From an uncultured Acidobacteriota bacterium (lineage in GTDB: Bacteria > Acidobacteriota > UBA6911): a DNA stretch of 64,000 nucleotides. Positions 34,402 through 43,493 of the stretch are shown in pieces. The number at the start of each line of letters is the position of its first letter. The first letter of the stretch is position 1. The position numbers were made by a program, and so were the translations under genes. The notes beneath the pieces were generated by a model. That model saw nothing but the letters and a program-made list of their open reading frames with translations. It searched no databases and was not told where the DNA came from. The stretch is from the NCBI GenBank assembly GCA_963773605.1, contig CAVZBT010000012.1, positions 198,417-262,416 on the forward strand, given 5' to 3'.

Positions 34402-35670
34402 CTATTTTGTCCCGCGCGTGTAGGATTGGGCAATCTCGTCAAGCGCACTTCCAAGACGGCCAATCTCTTCCGGGGTATTGTAGAGGTAAAAGGACGCGCG
34501 GACTGTCTGCAGGAGACCGAGCTCTTCGTGCAGGACCTGGGCGCAATGGTATCCGGAGCGCACCATTATCGCGTACCGGTTGGACAGGATTCGCGCCAGG
34601 CCGTGTGCTTCCAGGCCCGGCAGTTCGAAAGAGACCGAAGCACTCCGGTGTTTCGGATCAAGAGGTCCGTGCACGCGAAATTTCCGTTTCGGGACCAGTT
34701 CGGACAGCGCCACCGCCGTGAGGTTGCGGACGTGGGCCTCGACGTTGGCCATGCCGATTCCTTCCAGGTAGTCCACGGCGGCGCCGAGCCCGATAGCGCC
34801 TTCGATGTTCGGTGTGCCGGCCTCGAATTTTCCGGGCAGACCCTCCGGGCGGTATCCGTTCTTACGGACCTCCTTGACCATCGAGCCACCGAGCATGAAC
34901 GGCTGCATCCGGTCAAGAAGCTCGCGCTTCCCATAGAGGATTCCGATGCCCGACGGACCCAGCATTTTGTGTCCGCTGAACGCCAGGAAATCGCACCCGA
35001 GCGCACGTACGTCCGTGGGCATGTGAGGCACGGACTGGGAGCCGTCGATCAGAACCATGGCCTTGGCTTCGCGCGCAATGGTCACCGCTTCTGCGACGGG
35101 CGTGATGGCGCCGAGGGCATTGGAGACGTGCGGGAGGCAAACCAGCGCCGGTTTTTGCAGGACAGCCTTCTTGAAATCCGCCATGTCGAGCATCCCGTTC
35201 CTCTGCACGCCGGCGTGGATGATCTCCCGGCGACCTGACCAGGGCAGGAGAACCGAATGGTGGTCCGCCAGGGTGGCGAGGACCGGCCCCGACAACGGCA
35301 GGCAATGAGACACGAGATTTATGGCCTCCGTCGCGTTGCGCACAAAGACAATCTCTTCCTCGTCGCAATTCAGGAACCGGGCTACCTTGCGCCTCGCCTC
35401 CTCGTAGAGATCCGAAGCCTCCATCGACAGCAGGTGGACTCCCCGATGAATGTTGGCCGTCGAGTGCGTGTAAAACTCCATTATGGCGTCGATGACCGGT
35501 TGCGGTTTCAGGCTGGTCGCGGCGGAGTCGAAATAGGTAAGCGGTTTTCCCTCGATAACACGTTGCAGGATTGCGAAATCGGAACGAATCCGCTTCGTGT
35601 CGAGTGGTTTCGGGTCCGCGACGATCGCCCCGGACTCGGTTGCCTGCCGCTGCTGCCCTCTGTCATTCAT
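34402..35670 (-). CDS. Cysteine desulfurase, class V aminotransferase (SufS/CsdA-like)
   Basis: FLAFSGHKMLGPSGIGILYG carries the PLP lysine, and VRSGYHCAQ carries the catalytic Cys motif R-x-G-x-H-C-A. The N-terminus has IYFDSAATSLKP. Confidence 0.85.
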   Translation of the reverse strand: MNDRGQQRQATESGAIVADPKPLDTKRIRSDFAILQRVIEGKPLTYFDSAATSLKPQPVIDAIMEFYTHSTANIHRGVHLLSMEASDLYEEARRKVARFLNCDEEEIVFVRNATEAINLVSHCLPLSGPVLATLADHHSVLLPWSGRREIIHAGVQRNGMLDMADFKKAVLQKPALVCLPHVSNALGAITPVAEAVTIAREAKAMVLIDGSQSVPHMPTDVRALGCDFLAFSGHKMLGPSGIGILYGKRELLDRMQPFMLGGSMVKEVRKNGYRPEGLPGKFEAGTPNIEGAIGLGAAVDYLEGIGMANVEAHVRNLTAVALSELVPKRKFRVHGPLDPKHRSASVSFELPGLEAHGLARILSNRYAIMVRSGYHCAQVLHEELGLLQTVRASFYLYNTPEEIGRLGSALDEIAQSYTRGTK

Positions 35671-35679
35671 AGCCTGGTC

Positions 35680-37149
35680 CTACGCACACTTGTGGATGCG
35701 CTCAAAGGAAGTGGATTTCACAAATCTGAATTTCCCGGAAACCTCCGGTTTTATTGTACTCACAACCCGGGGGCGTATGTGCATTCCGCCCCCCAGTAAC
35801 GCCCCGGTTGCCTCGGCGACTGCACCGAGATCGGGCTTTCCGGATTCACCTTCCACTATGAGAATATCGCACCTGGTCTCGTTGCGCTGGACCAGTTGAG
35901 CGAACTCGACGCTCGGCCACGCCGCCAGGGAATCAACGATCTCCCGTTCCGTGGTGATGCCCCGCGAGGTGACTATGGTGTTTTGGACACGTCCCTCCAC
36001 AACCAGCAGTCGGGTCTTGCGGCCACAGGCGCAAAAGTCGTCATAGAGCCGGCCGATGTCGCCCGGCCGATAGCGGATGAGCGGCATCACGAGGTTGTTA
36101 AAGGCGGTAATGACGATTTCGCCGACTTCTCCCGGCGCGACATGCTTCCCATCCCGGACGATTTCCACCAGGCACTCGGGCATGAGCACGTGCAGCCGGT
36201 CCTGTCTTTCGCAGGTGGTCGCGATACAGCCGAATTCGTGACCGCCATAGACCTCGTGCACGGGAACCCCAAAGGCCCGGGCGAGCGCCTTTTTGAGACT
36301 CGGCGGGGACAACGCACCCTGCGGCAGCAGGGCGCGGATCGGCAGGGGCGCGGGTTTGTGATTTTCGAGGTACCGGGCCAGCAACTGAAGGTAGGTAGGC
36401 AGGCCCGACAGCACGGCCGGTTGCCAGGTGCGGATGCGGTCGACGTACCAGCCCAGCAAGTCGGGAGGCACCCTCGTCCCTTCGGGTCCGAACGATGGCA
36501 TTTCGCGCTCGGGCGCCACGATGCTCCGCAGGAGCCATCCGGCCGACCACCGGGGCAGGTTCAGGATGCCTTTTGACGTCATGTCATCCACGACCTCCCG
36601 GGCGAGGCGCCAGGGATCCCGCGGCTGCAACGATGCCGCGGCACAGGCGAGGCTGCAGGCGTCGGGCGGGATATTGACCTGCAGGGTGCCCGGCGCGTAC
36701 GTTCCCTGCACTTGTTCCTCGTATAACGCCAGCGCCATGTTCTTGCTCAGGGACTCCGAGTCCTTCACGACCATGAGGCGATCGGTCGTCCCCGAGGTGG
36801 CGAAATACTGCCATTTGGATCGATCCGAGCTGCGCGAAGTGATGCGGTCCGGGAAATTGGCTGCGACCTGGGCCTTGTCGATGGTGGGGACCGAGAGAAA
36901 GTCTTCCGCGGTGTTTATGCCCGAAGCCGATACCCCCGCCGCGCCGAAGGTTTCAGCATAATAGGGGATGTTTTTTCCGGCATATTCCACAAGAGACCGA
37001 AACCTGTCCAGCTGGATGCCCAGCAACTCGTCACGGCCTGCCCGGTCCAACTTCATCAGTCTCCTGTATGTCGGCCAGGGCGGATCCGTGGTGAAGCGCA
37101 GCAGGAGCGGCATCAGGACCGCACGCGAGGCGACGCATCTCAAGGACAT
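35680..37149 (-). CDS. Phenylacetate-CoA ligase-like adenylate-forming enzyme (PaaK/CapK/F390 synthetase family)
   Basis: WQYFATSGTTDRLMVV is a P-loop-like SGTTG motif. YGGHEFGCIATTC, YRPGDIGRL and a C-terminal GKFRFV are also present. ATG at 37149. Confidence 0.75.
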   Translation of the reverse strand: MSLRCVASRAVLMPLLLRFTTDPPWPTYRRLMKLDRAGRDELLGIQLDRFRSLVEYAGKNIPYYAETFGAAGVSASGINTAEDFLSVPTIDKAQVAANFPDRITSRSSDRSKWQYFATSGTTDRLMVVKDSESLSKNMALALYEEQVQGTYAPGTLQVNIPPDACSLACAAASLQPRDPWRLAREVVDDMTSKGILNLPRWSAGWLLRSIVAPEREMPSFGPEGTRVPPDLLGWYVDRIRTWQPAVLSGLPTYLQLLARYLENHKPAPLPIRALLPQGALSPPSLKKALARAFGVPVHEVYGGHEFGCIATTCERQDRLHVLMPECLVEIVRDGKHVAPGEVGEIVITAFNNLVMPLIRYRPGDIGRLYDDFCACGRKTRLLVVEGRVQNTIVTSRGITTEREIVDSLAAWPSVEFAQLVQRNETRCDILIVEGESGKPDLGAVAEATGALLGGGMHIRPRVVSTIKPEVSGKFRFVKSTSFERIHKCA

Positions 37150-37168
37150 AGACTCTCCGTTTACAGTC

Positions 37169-38494
37169 TCACTCTGCCGGAACCGGCACCAGGATGGGGC
37201 CGGGGGCCTCCTCAATCCTGGCAGCCGCACCCTTGGTCACGGTGCGTTCCAGCAGGATCGGCAAAGTTAGGACAATCCACAGCATCTCGGAATACAGGAC
37301 ACTGTGAGTGGTCATCAAGCCCGCCGCGAACATGACGAGTGCGGTACACAGGGCAGATCTGAAGAGTTGGACTTCGGATCTCATGGCGTCATCGAGTGCG
37401 CCGAGCGGGATTCGTCGAAGGGCCGAGAACGACTGGCCCAAGATGATCAGGAACAACGCGATGCCCACGATTCCCAGTTCGGTGTAACACAGGACATACG
37501 TGTTGTGCGCATCCATCCCCTTGTTGCTGGGGTCGTAAAGGGGAACCAGCTGTTCGAATTGCTTGACGCCCACGCCGAGCGGGTGATCCGCAAACATCCG
37601 CAGCGAAGCTTTCCAGAACTGGATCCTGGTCATCCCGGCGGAACCGGCGTCCTGGCCTATGAGTGCCGCGCTGTCCCGGATAGTACTCATCCGGGCGAGA
37701 AACGTCACATCCGACAGTGCGGCAAACAGGACGCCTCCGAGGACGATGCACAGGGTGACGCGTGTCCTGTATTTACCCGGTACCGTGAAGAACGCAAACG
37801 GAAGTGCGACGAGCATTCCGAGGAACACGGCGCGGGACCGCGTCATGATAATCGTGTTCGCAATGAGCCCGGCCCCCACGACGTACAGGGCATTTTTCCA
37901 CAGGTTCGACCGAAGCATCTGGTAGCCGAGCAAAACCAGGGCCAGGCACAGAAAGGCGGCCAGCTGGTTTGCCTCGCGGAAGTCGATGCCTCCCAGGTCC
38001 TCCAATCGGCCGCCCTGAAAGTATCCCGAGGACACCACGTGCGCCTGGTAGCCAAGAAACAGGGCTTCTGCCACGATCACCCAGATCACGATTTTGAATT
38101 GCTTGAAGGAGTTCACGCTTCTGATAAACAGAAAGATAAACACGAACATCTTGGTCAACTTGACCAGGTACACCAGGGTGTTGCGGTTCGCACCGACGCC
38201 GAAAAACATCGACGTGAGCCATGCGACCGCGAGAAAGGCGTAAAGACTCAACTCGTTTCTCGACAGTCTCCAGTTCAGGCTTCTCCAATGCAGCAGGCAC
38301 CCGAGGCCGAGAAATAGAACGGCCAGGAAAGATGGCCGGGGCAGGGCACTGGCGATTCCCTGGCCCCACCATATGTCGGGATTATACAGGATATACACGG
38401 AGAGATAGCCGGCGACCCCGAAGATCGGGTTCCACAGGGACGCGATGAAGAAAAAGCCATAAATAGCAATGACGAAAAGAACGGTGAGTGACAT
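37169..38494 (-). CDS. O-antigen ligase-like membrane protein (exosortase-system-associated putative O-glycosylation ligase type)
   Basis: Polytopic. MSLTVLFVIAIYGFFFIASLWNPIFGVAGYLSVYILYNPDIWW.., TRSRAVFLGMLVAL and AHNTYVLCYTELGIVG are Wzy_C-type motifs. Confidence 0.75.
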   Translation of the reverse strand: MSLTVLFVIAIYGFFFIASLWNPIFGVAGYLSVYILYNPDIWWGQGIASALPRPSFLAVLFLGLGCLLHWRSLNWRLSRNELSLYAFLAVAWLTSMFFGVGANRNTLVYLVKLTKMFVFIFLFIRSVNSFKQFKIVIWVIVAEALFLGYQAHVVSSGYFQGGRLEDLGGIDFREANQLAAFLCLALVLLGYQMLRSNLWKNALYVVGAGLIANTIIMTRSRAVFLGMLVALPFAFFTVPGKYRTRVTLCIVLGGVLFAALSDVTFLARMSTIRDSAALIGQDAGSAGMTRIQFWKASLRMFADHPLGVGVKQFEQLVPLYDPSNKGMDAHNTYVLCYTELGIVGIALFLIILGQSFSALRRIPLGALDDAMRSEVQLFRSALCTALVMFAAGLMTTHSVLYSEMLWIVLTLPILLERTVTKGAAARIEEAPGPILVPVPAE

Positions 38495-38537
38495 GGGGCG
38501 GAGAAAGGTCTACAAGTCCCGGGTTCCGGGCTGCACG

Positions 38538-40431
38538 TCAACGGTCAATGAATGACCTGTGCCAGAGCTCGAGCGTTAAGAGGGAAATGACGCAGGTCGC
38601 GGAGCCGGTCGCATAGTCTGTTGTCCCGGCCAGAAAGGCCTCCACCGTTTTCACGAGCGCCTTTTCGTTGAAATAGCCCCGGCGCAACGTGCGGCGATCG
38701 AGGAGAATGGCGCGCACGTAATCCGCGAGGTGGAGCGTGAGCCACTCGTTTATGGGCATCGCGAAGCCCTGCTTTCGCTTTTGGAGAGTGTGCTGCGGCA
38801 GCAGGGGACGCATCGCTTCACGGAGGATGACCTTCCGGACCGTACCCCTGATCTTGAGCGGGTTGGGCAGGGAGGCGACAAATTCGACGAGCCGTCGGTC
38901 GTGAAAGGGGCTGATCGGGTTGAGGCCGTGTGCGGAAGACATCCGGTCGACTTTCACCATCAGGTCGTCGGGGGCATAGGAAAGAACGTCGAAATAGAGC
39001 AGCCGGGTCAGAAGATCGTCGCTTCCGGCCTCGCGGAAAAGCCCCCGGGCGACGGCCATGGGATCGTGCGTTGCGTTGACTTGGCGCAAGTCGGAACTGT
39101 ACAGGTAGGTTCTTCAGCAATGGCGGGACGGGCATCGCGGAAAGTACTTTTTGTTCTTCCAGGGGAAACGACTCCCGGTACAAAGCCCGCTTGATCTTGT
39201 TCGGCAGGGAAGTCGTGTGCGCCCGCCAGCCGAAGGCCGAGAACGCGCGGTTGAAGGTCGGATGGCCGCGCAGTGCCGTCTTCCAGAAGGGATCCTCGCG
39301 GGCGCGGGCAAGGGCGAGCACCTGATGACCGGACCCTCCGATCAGTTGATCGGGGAAGTCCCCGGTAAATACGGTATCCACGTGCCGGCGGGCAAGCTGC
39401 GCGAGCAGGTAGGAGGGTACCGCGGAGGTATCCGCAAAAGGACCATCGTGGTGCCAGACGAGCTTTTCGAGCAAGGCGGGGAAATTCCGGTCGAAATCGA
39501 CGAGGAGGGTATGGTGTTCGAGGTCCAGGTGGTCGGATAGGATCTTCGCGTCGCCGATTTCGTTGAAGGCTTCCTCGCGGAAGCCCGCCGTAAACGCCTT
39601 GACGGGAGCGCCCTTGAGCGCGCGCAACATGGCCACCACGCTGCCGGTATCCAGGCCCCCGCTCAAGAAGGCGCCCGCGTGAGGATGCCGCCGCAGTCGC
39701 TGCGCCACGGCCGATCTGAAGATCTCGAGGAAGGCGCCGACATATTCTGCTTCCGATCGCTTGCCCTCCCCCGCTGCGCCACACCCGTCCTGCGCAAACC
39801 TCCAATAGCGCTTCTCCGTCAGCGTTCCGTTCCGGCATATCAGCAGGCAGCCCGGCCCCACCTGCTTGATGGATTCAAACATCGTCGACGGGTTCGGAAC
39901 GTAACCGAAAGTCAGGAATTCGTCGACCGCCCGCAAACTGGGCTTCCGGTCGACCAGGCCCGTGGCGAGAATGCCCTTTATTTCCGAGGCAAAAATCAAA
40001 CACTGCTCATCGGCATAATAGTAGAGCGGCCTGGTGCCGAGCCGATCCCTGAGCAGAACCAGTTTCTCCCCCGCCTGATCCCAGAGTGCAACGGAGTAGG
40101 ATCCGTCGAAATGCCCGGCGAAGTCGTCACCGTGGGACTTGTAGGCATCGACGATGTCAGCAATGTCGCGTAAACAGGGATCCTGCTCTCGACTCGGGCC
40201 ATTGCACCAGTCGGACAATTCGCCGTCCAGCATCACCGCAACCCTGTGGGATTCCGGGCGCTCCGGGGCCCGCGGAGCACCCGCATCTCCCTTTGCCAGG
40301 GAAACACGTGTACCCTTGTGGACGACCGTGTGCACGGCGCCCCGGTGGTCCATCGCCGCCAGCATTTTGTCAACGGCATCGCTGTCGGCGATTGGCCGCT
40401 TGAATGTATACACGCCCGCAATGGCTGCCAT
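38538..40431 (-). pseudogene. Asparagine synthetase (AsnB) family amidotransferase/amidoligase, frameshifted, N-terminal Cys nucleophile absent
   Basis: The N-terminus is MAAIAGVYTF, where canonical AsnB has MCGI.G. SGGLDTGSVVAML is the PP-loop. The reading frame changes between about 39095 and 39113: ..PPLLKN in one frame, TYLYSSDLRQVNATHDP..KVDRMSSAHGLNPISPFHDRRLVEF.. in another. Confidence 0.8.
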
Positions 40432-40437
40432 AGTTTT

Positions 40438-40742
40438 GGAGTGCGGCGGCTCGACGCCGCTTTGGGGTCGGCGCCTAGGCGCCGACCTTGGGCTCACACC
40501 GGCCGGTCCAGTGCAACCGCAACAGCGGTGCCAAGGCACCGCACTCCAGAATTTGGAGTGCGGCGGCTCGACGCCGCTTTGGGGTCGGCGCCTAGGCGCC
40601 GACCTTGGGCTCACACCGGCCGGCCCAGTGCAACCGCAACAGCGGTGCCAAGGCACCGCACTCCAGAATTTGGAGTGCGGCGGCTGGACGCCGACCTTGG
40701 GCTCACACCGGCCGGCCCAGTGCGACCGCGACAGCGGTGTCA
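40438..40742. repeat. Tandem array of about 2.6 REP-like elements (family A, opposite orientation to the 27.3 kb array; period 117 bp)
   Basis: Copies start at 40438, 40555 and 40672. Each reads GGAGTGCGGCGGCTCGACGCCGCTTTGGGGTCGGCGCCTAGGCGCCGACCTTGGGCTCACACCGGCCGG.CCAGTGCAACCGCAACAGCGGTGCCAAGGCACCGCACTCC. The array begins 7 nt from the asnB-like ATG, and its truncated last copy overlaps the stop codon at 40740-40742. Confidence 0.9.
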
Positions 40743-43232
40743 CTTGACCCGCAGATTAATGGGATTGGCCGGAGGCGGGTTTGCCGACGAATACCTCGCA
40801 TAATAACCGGCATACATATAGTTTCCCCAGACTCCTCCCGAAGGCACTCCCTCCTGGCCGAGGCTGTCGATCGCGGCTACGTAGAACCGATTGTACTTGT
40901 CGATACCGGTCTTGGGGGCAGAGTAAGAGGTTTGCGTCACGGCGTTTGTCGTGACTTCATGGACGCCGAGGTCCGTGTCTGCCACGTAAACGCGATATCC
41001 GGTAATTCCCTGGCCGCCGTCGTGCGGCGGAAGCCAGGAGATATCGTAGGTTGAGGCGTTGTTCAACACCCTCAACCCGACCGGAGCCTGGGGGATCGTG
41101 AACCAGAGTGGAGACCGGCCGCTTTCATGGCCGCCGGAATCGACGGCCGTGACGTAGAAGGCATATACCTTGTACGGATAGCCGGAGCCGCCGTTGAGAG
41201 CGACGGTAGTGTCGAGGAAAGACGTGCCCGTTATGGGGCTGGAGTTGAGTTTTCTGAAGTCCGCCAGTGCAGGCTGCGTTATGTCCTGGATGACGTCGCG
41301 CGTGTACTGTGCGAGGTCACGGTACGGATAAGCGGGGGGTGCGTTTTTCGGATACGGCGTTACAGACACCGGCGCCCGATACACATTGTAGCCGACGACA
41401 CCGGTATCTTCCGATCGTGGAACCCAGTGGAGCAGAACCTTCGTTGCATCGATAACGGCGGCGAAACCCTCCCTCACAAAGCGGGGATAATTTCTCACCG
41501 GCGGAGTGATTGCGGGTGGCGTCGCGGAAGTGTTCGAATAGCGATAGGCGCACGTCCTGTTGCCGACCTCTTCGGCGGCATTGGCGCCGGCGTCGAGAAC
41601 GATCACCGCGTTGTGCTTTTCGGAAAACGCGGCGTTCAGATCCATCTGGCGATGTCCCTTGGGTCCCCACGGCATATCGTTCCCGCGGGTCCAGGTTTTC
41701 GTGGCCGGGTCGTAGACGAAGACCATGATCAGCTTGGCCTCGTCGGAGATGTTTACGGAACTGGCGCCGGTGACCAGCACGAACATGATGACCTTGTCGT
41801 GAAGGGTGTCGTACGCCGCCGCCACGTCGGCTATGAATTTGTTGTTGGTCGCCGGCAGGAGTTCGGTTCCAGAAACGCCCTGGACTTTAACCCACTTCCT
41901 GTCCCCCCTCAGGTTGAAGGTCCAGACGTCGTTCATGAATCCGCCGGGTCCGCTGTCGGGTGTCATTACGGCCGCACCCACGAAGATAAACTGCTTTCTC
42001 TTGGTATCGTAGACCAATCCCTGGCTCTGACGGCTTCCTCCAAGATCTTCCCACGTAGCGACGTTGATGGTCGACGTTTCGTTCTTATACGGGTCGTAGA
42101 GTGTATAGCGCCCTTGACGGTCGTGTCGGTCATCGACGATGAAAAGGATACCGTCGTCGGGATCCCAGGCACTGACGTCGCTGAGTTCGCGACCCTTGTA
42201 GCCGAGCGAGGCAGCGTCAAACCACTTGTGGAGTTTGAAGTCGTAAAGCCACGGACCCTGTTCGAGGTAGAACTTGCGCCAGTATTCGTATCTCTGGGTG
42301 GCTTGTCTGCCCATTCCGAGGAAATACTGTTCGTCCGTCGGAAGCGAGCCCAGGAAGTTTCCGTGATTGGTGCAACCGCCGACCGGCTTGTCGGAATTCA
42401 CAAATCGGAGGTTTTCAAGCTTCCACACTCCGCCGGGGGCGCTGTCCAACTCGTAGGTGTACAGGTCGTCGATTTGCGGGTAGCCCCCGCCCGCCGGATG
42501 TCCGCCCCAGGTCCCGACCATTTCATGAACGTGGTCGTACCCGAAAGCGATCTGCGACACGCCTCCGGATGGAAGTTGGGGGCGGAGGTCCATCCAGGAG
42601 TCGCTTGGCATCGAGGCGAAGCTGGTAGAGTTCCAGGACCTGGAGGCGTCCGTGGTTACGACCCTTGCCACATTGGACAGGGGCGAGTAGCCCGCAGTCG
42701 CATTCCATGCCTTCAGGGCAAAATAGTATGGGGTCGAGTATCTTAGATTGTTCACCCGAAAGTAATTCCAGACCCCGCGGTCCGGGTTCAAATCCGACCT
42801 TTCCACCTTTGTTACTGAATTCCAGTTCGAGTCGTCGATAGGCGAAACAGAGTATCCGAGGACATACTTTTCGATCGGCGCAAAGGTCGGAGGATTGGAG
42901 GTCGGGTTGAAACTGACGATGACGGAGGGAGCGTCGGTCAGCGTAAATACAGTGAGATCGGTTATTGCCGTCGCCGTTTGCGGATCCGGTACGGTTGCCT
43001 CATTGGGAGCTGGATATTCGCCCGGCTGGCCGGCTTCGTTCGGTCGCGAAGCGGCGCTCGCCGTGCTGTTGATGACGGTGGGTGTGTGCGGGACGAGGAC
43101 AACGGTGAGTACGACCACCGCCAGAAGCTGCGCAAAGTGCCGCTGTCGGGAAGGTGCAGCGGGCGATGGGGATTGTGTCGAGCGAAGCATAACGCCGATC
43201 TCCTGCTTAGGCGCGTGACGCCGTGAATTCAT
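40740..43232 (-). CDS. Secreted protein with N-terminal Fn3-like domain, Kelch-type beta-propeller-like core and two C-terminal Fn3 domains
   Basis: A TM/signal segment FAQLLAVVVLTVVLV is present. Repeated beta-strand blocks (..DDLYTYELDS..GVWKL.., ..RYTLYDPYKNE.., ..NDVWTFNL..KWVKV.., ..MVFVYDPATKTWTRG..) suggest a propeller. Fn3-like regions read GVVGYNVYRAP and ITGYRVYVAD. The start is at 43232 or 43190. Confidence 0.65.
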   Translation of the reverse strand: MNSRRHAPKQEIGVMLRSTQSPSPAAPSRQRHFAQLLAVVVLTVVLVPHTPTVINSTASAASRPNEAGQPGEYPAPNEATVPDPQTATAITDLTVFTLTDAPSVIVSFNPTSNPPTFAPIEKYVLGYSVSPIDDSNWNSVTKVERSDLNPDRGVWNYFRVNNLRYSTPYYFALKAWNATAGYSPLSNVARVVTTDASRSWNSTSFASMPSDSWMDLRPQLPSGGVSQIAFGYDHVHEMVGTWGGHPAGGGYPQIDDLYTYELDSAPGGVWKLENLRFVNSDKPVGGCTNHGNFLGSLPTDEQYFLGMGRQATQRYEYWRKFYLEQGPWLYDFKLHKWFDAASLGYKGRELSDVSAWDPDDGILFIVDDRHDRQGRYTLYDPYKNETSTINVATWEDLGGSRQSQGLVYDTKRKQFIFVGAAVMTPDSGPGGFMNDVWTFNLRGDRKWVKVQGVSGTELLPATNNKFIADVAAAYDTLHDKVIMFVLVTGASSVNISDEAKLIMVFVYDPATKTWTRGNDMPWGPKGHRQMDLNAAFSEKHNAVIVLDAGANAAEEVGNRTCAYRYSNTSATPPAITPPVRNYPRFVREGFAAVIDATKVLLHWVPRSEDTGVVGYNVYRAPVSVTPYPKNAPPAYPYRDLAQYTRDVIQDITQPALADFRKLNSSPITGTSFLDTTVALNGGSGYPYKVYAFYVTAVDSGGHESGRSPLWFTIPQAPVGLRVLNNASTYDISWLPPHDGGQGITGYRVYVADTDLGVHEVTTNAVTQTSYSAPKTGIDKYNRFYVAAIDSLGQEGVPSGGVWGNYMYAGYYARYSSANPPPANPINLRVK

Positions 43233-43393
43233 GGCTGAAAAGCGGGCGGGCGCATCGGGGAAGCCCGCCGCGCGCGTATCGAGGGTATGTTACCCGACAG
43301 CGTTGCGATCCTGCTGTGAGTTGGGACACAAGAATCGGGTGGGAGCTGAAATCGTGTGACTCCAGGTGTTTAGGGCCGTTTGTGTACTCATGT

Positions 43394-43481
43394 GGAGTGC
43401 GGCGCCTGGGCGCCGCCGTTGGCCGGCTCCGACCCTATCATCCTTCGTGTTTTGAAGGGCGCCGTCGAGCCGCCGCACTCC
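43394..43481. repeat. Single REP-like element (short variant)
   Basis: GGAGTGCGGCGCCTGGGCGCCGCC...GGGCGCCGTCGAGCCGCCGCACTCC. It ends 13 nt before the rhodanese stop codon. Confidence 0.8.
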
Positions 43482-43493
43482 AGATGCTCCTTC

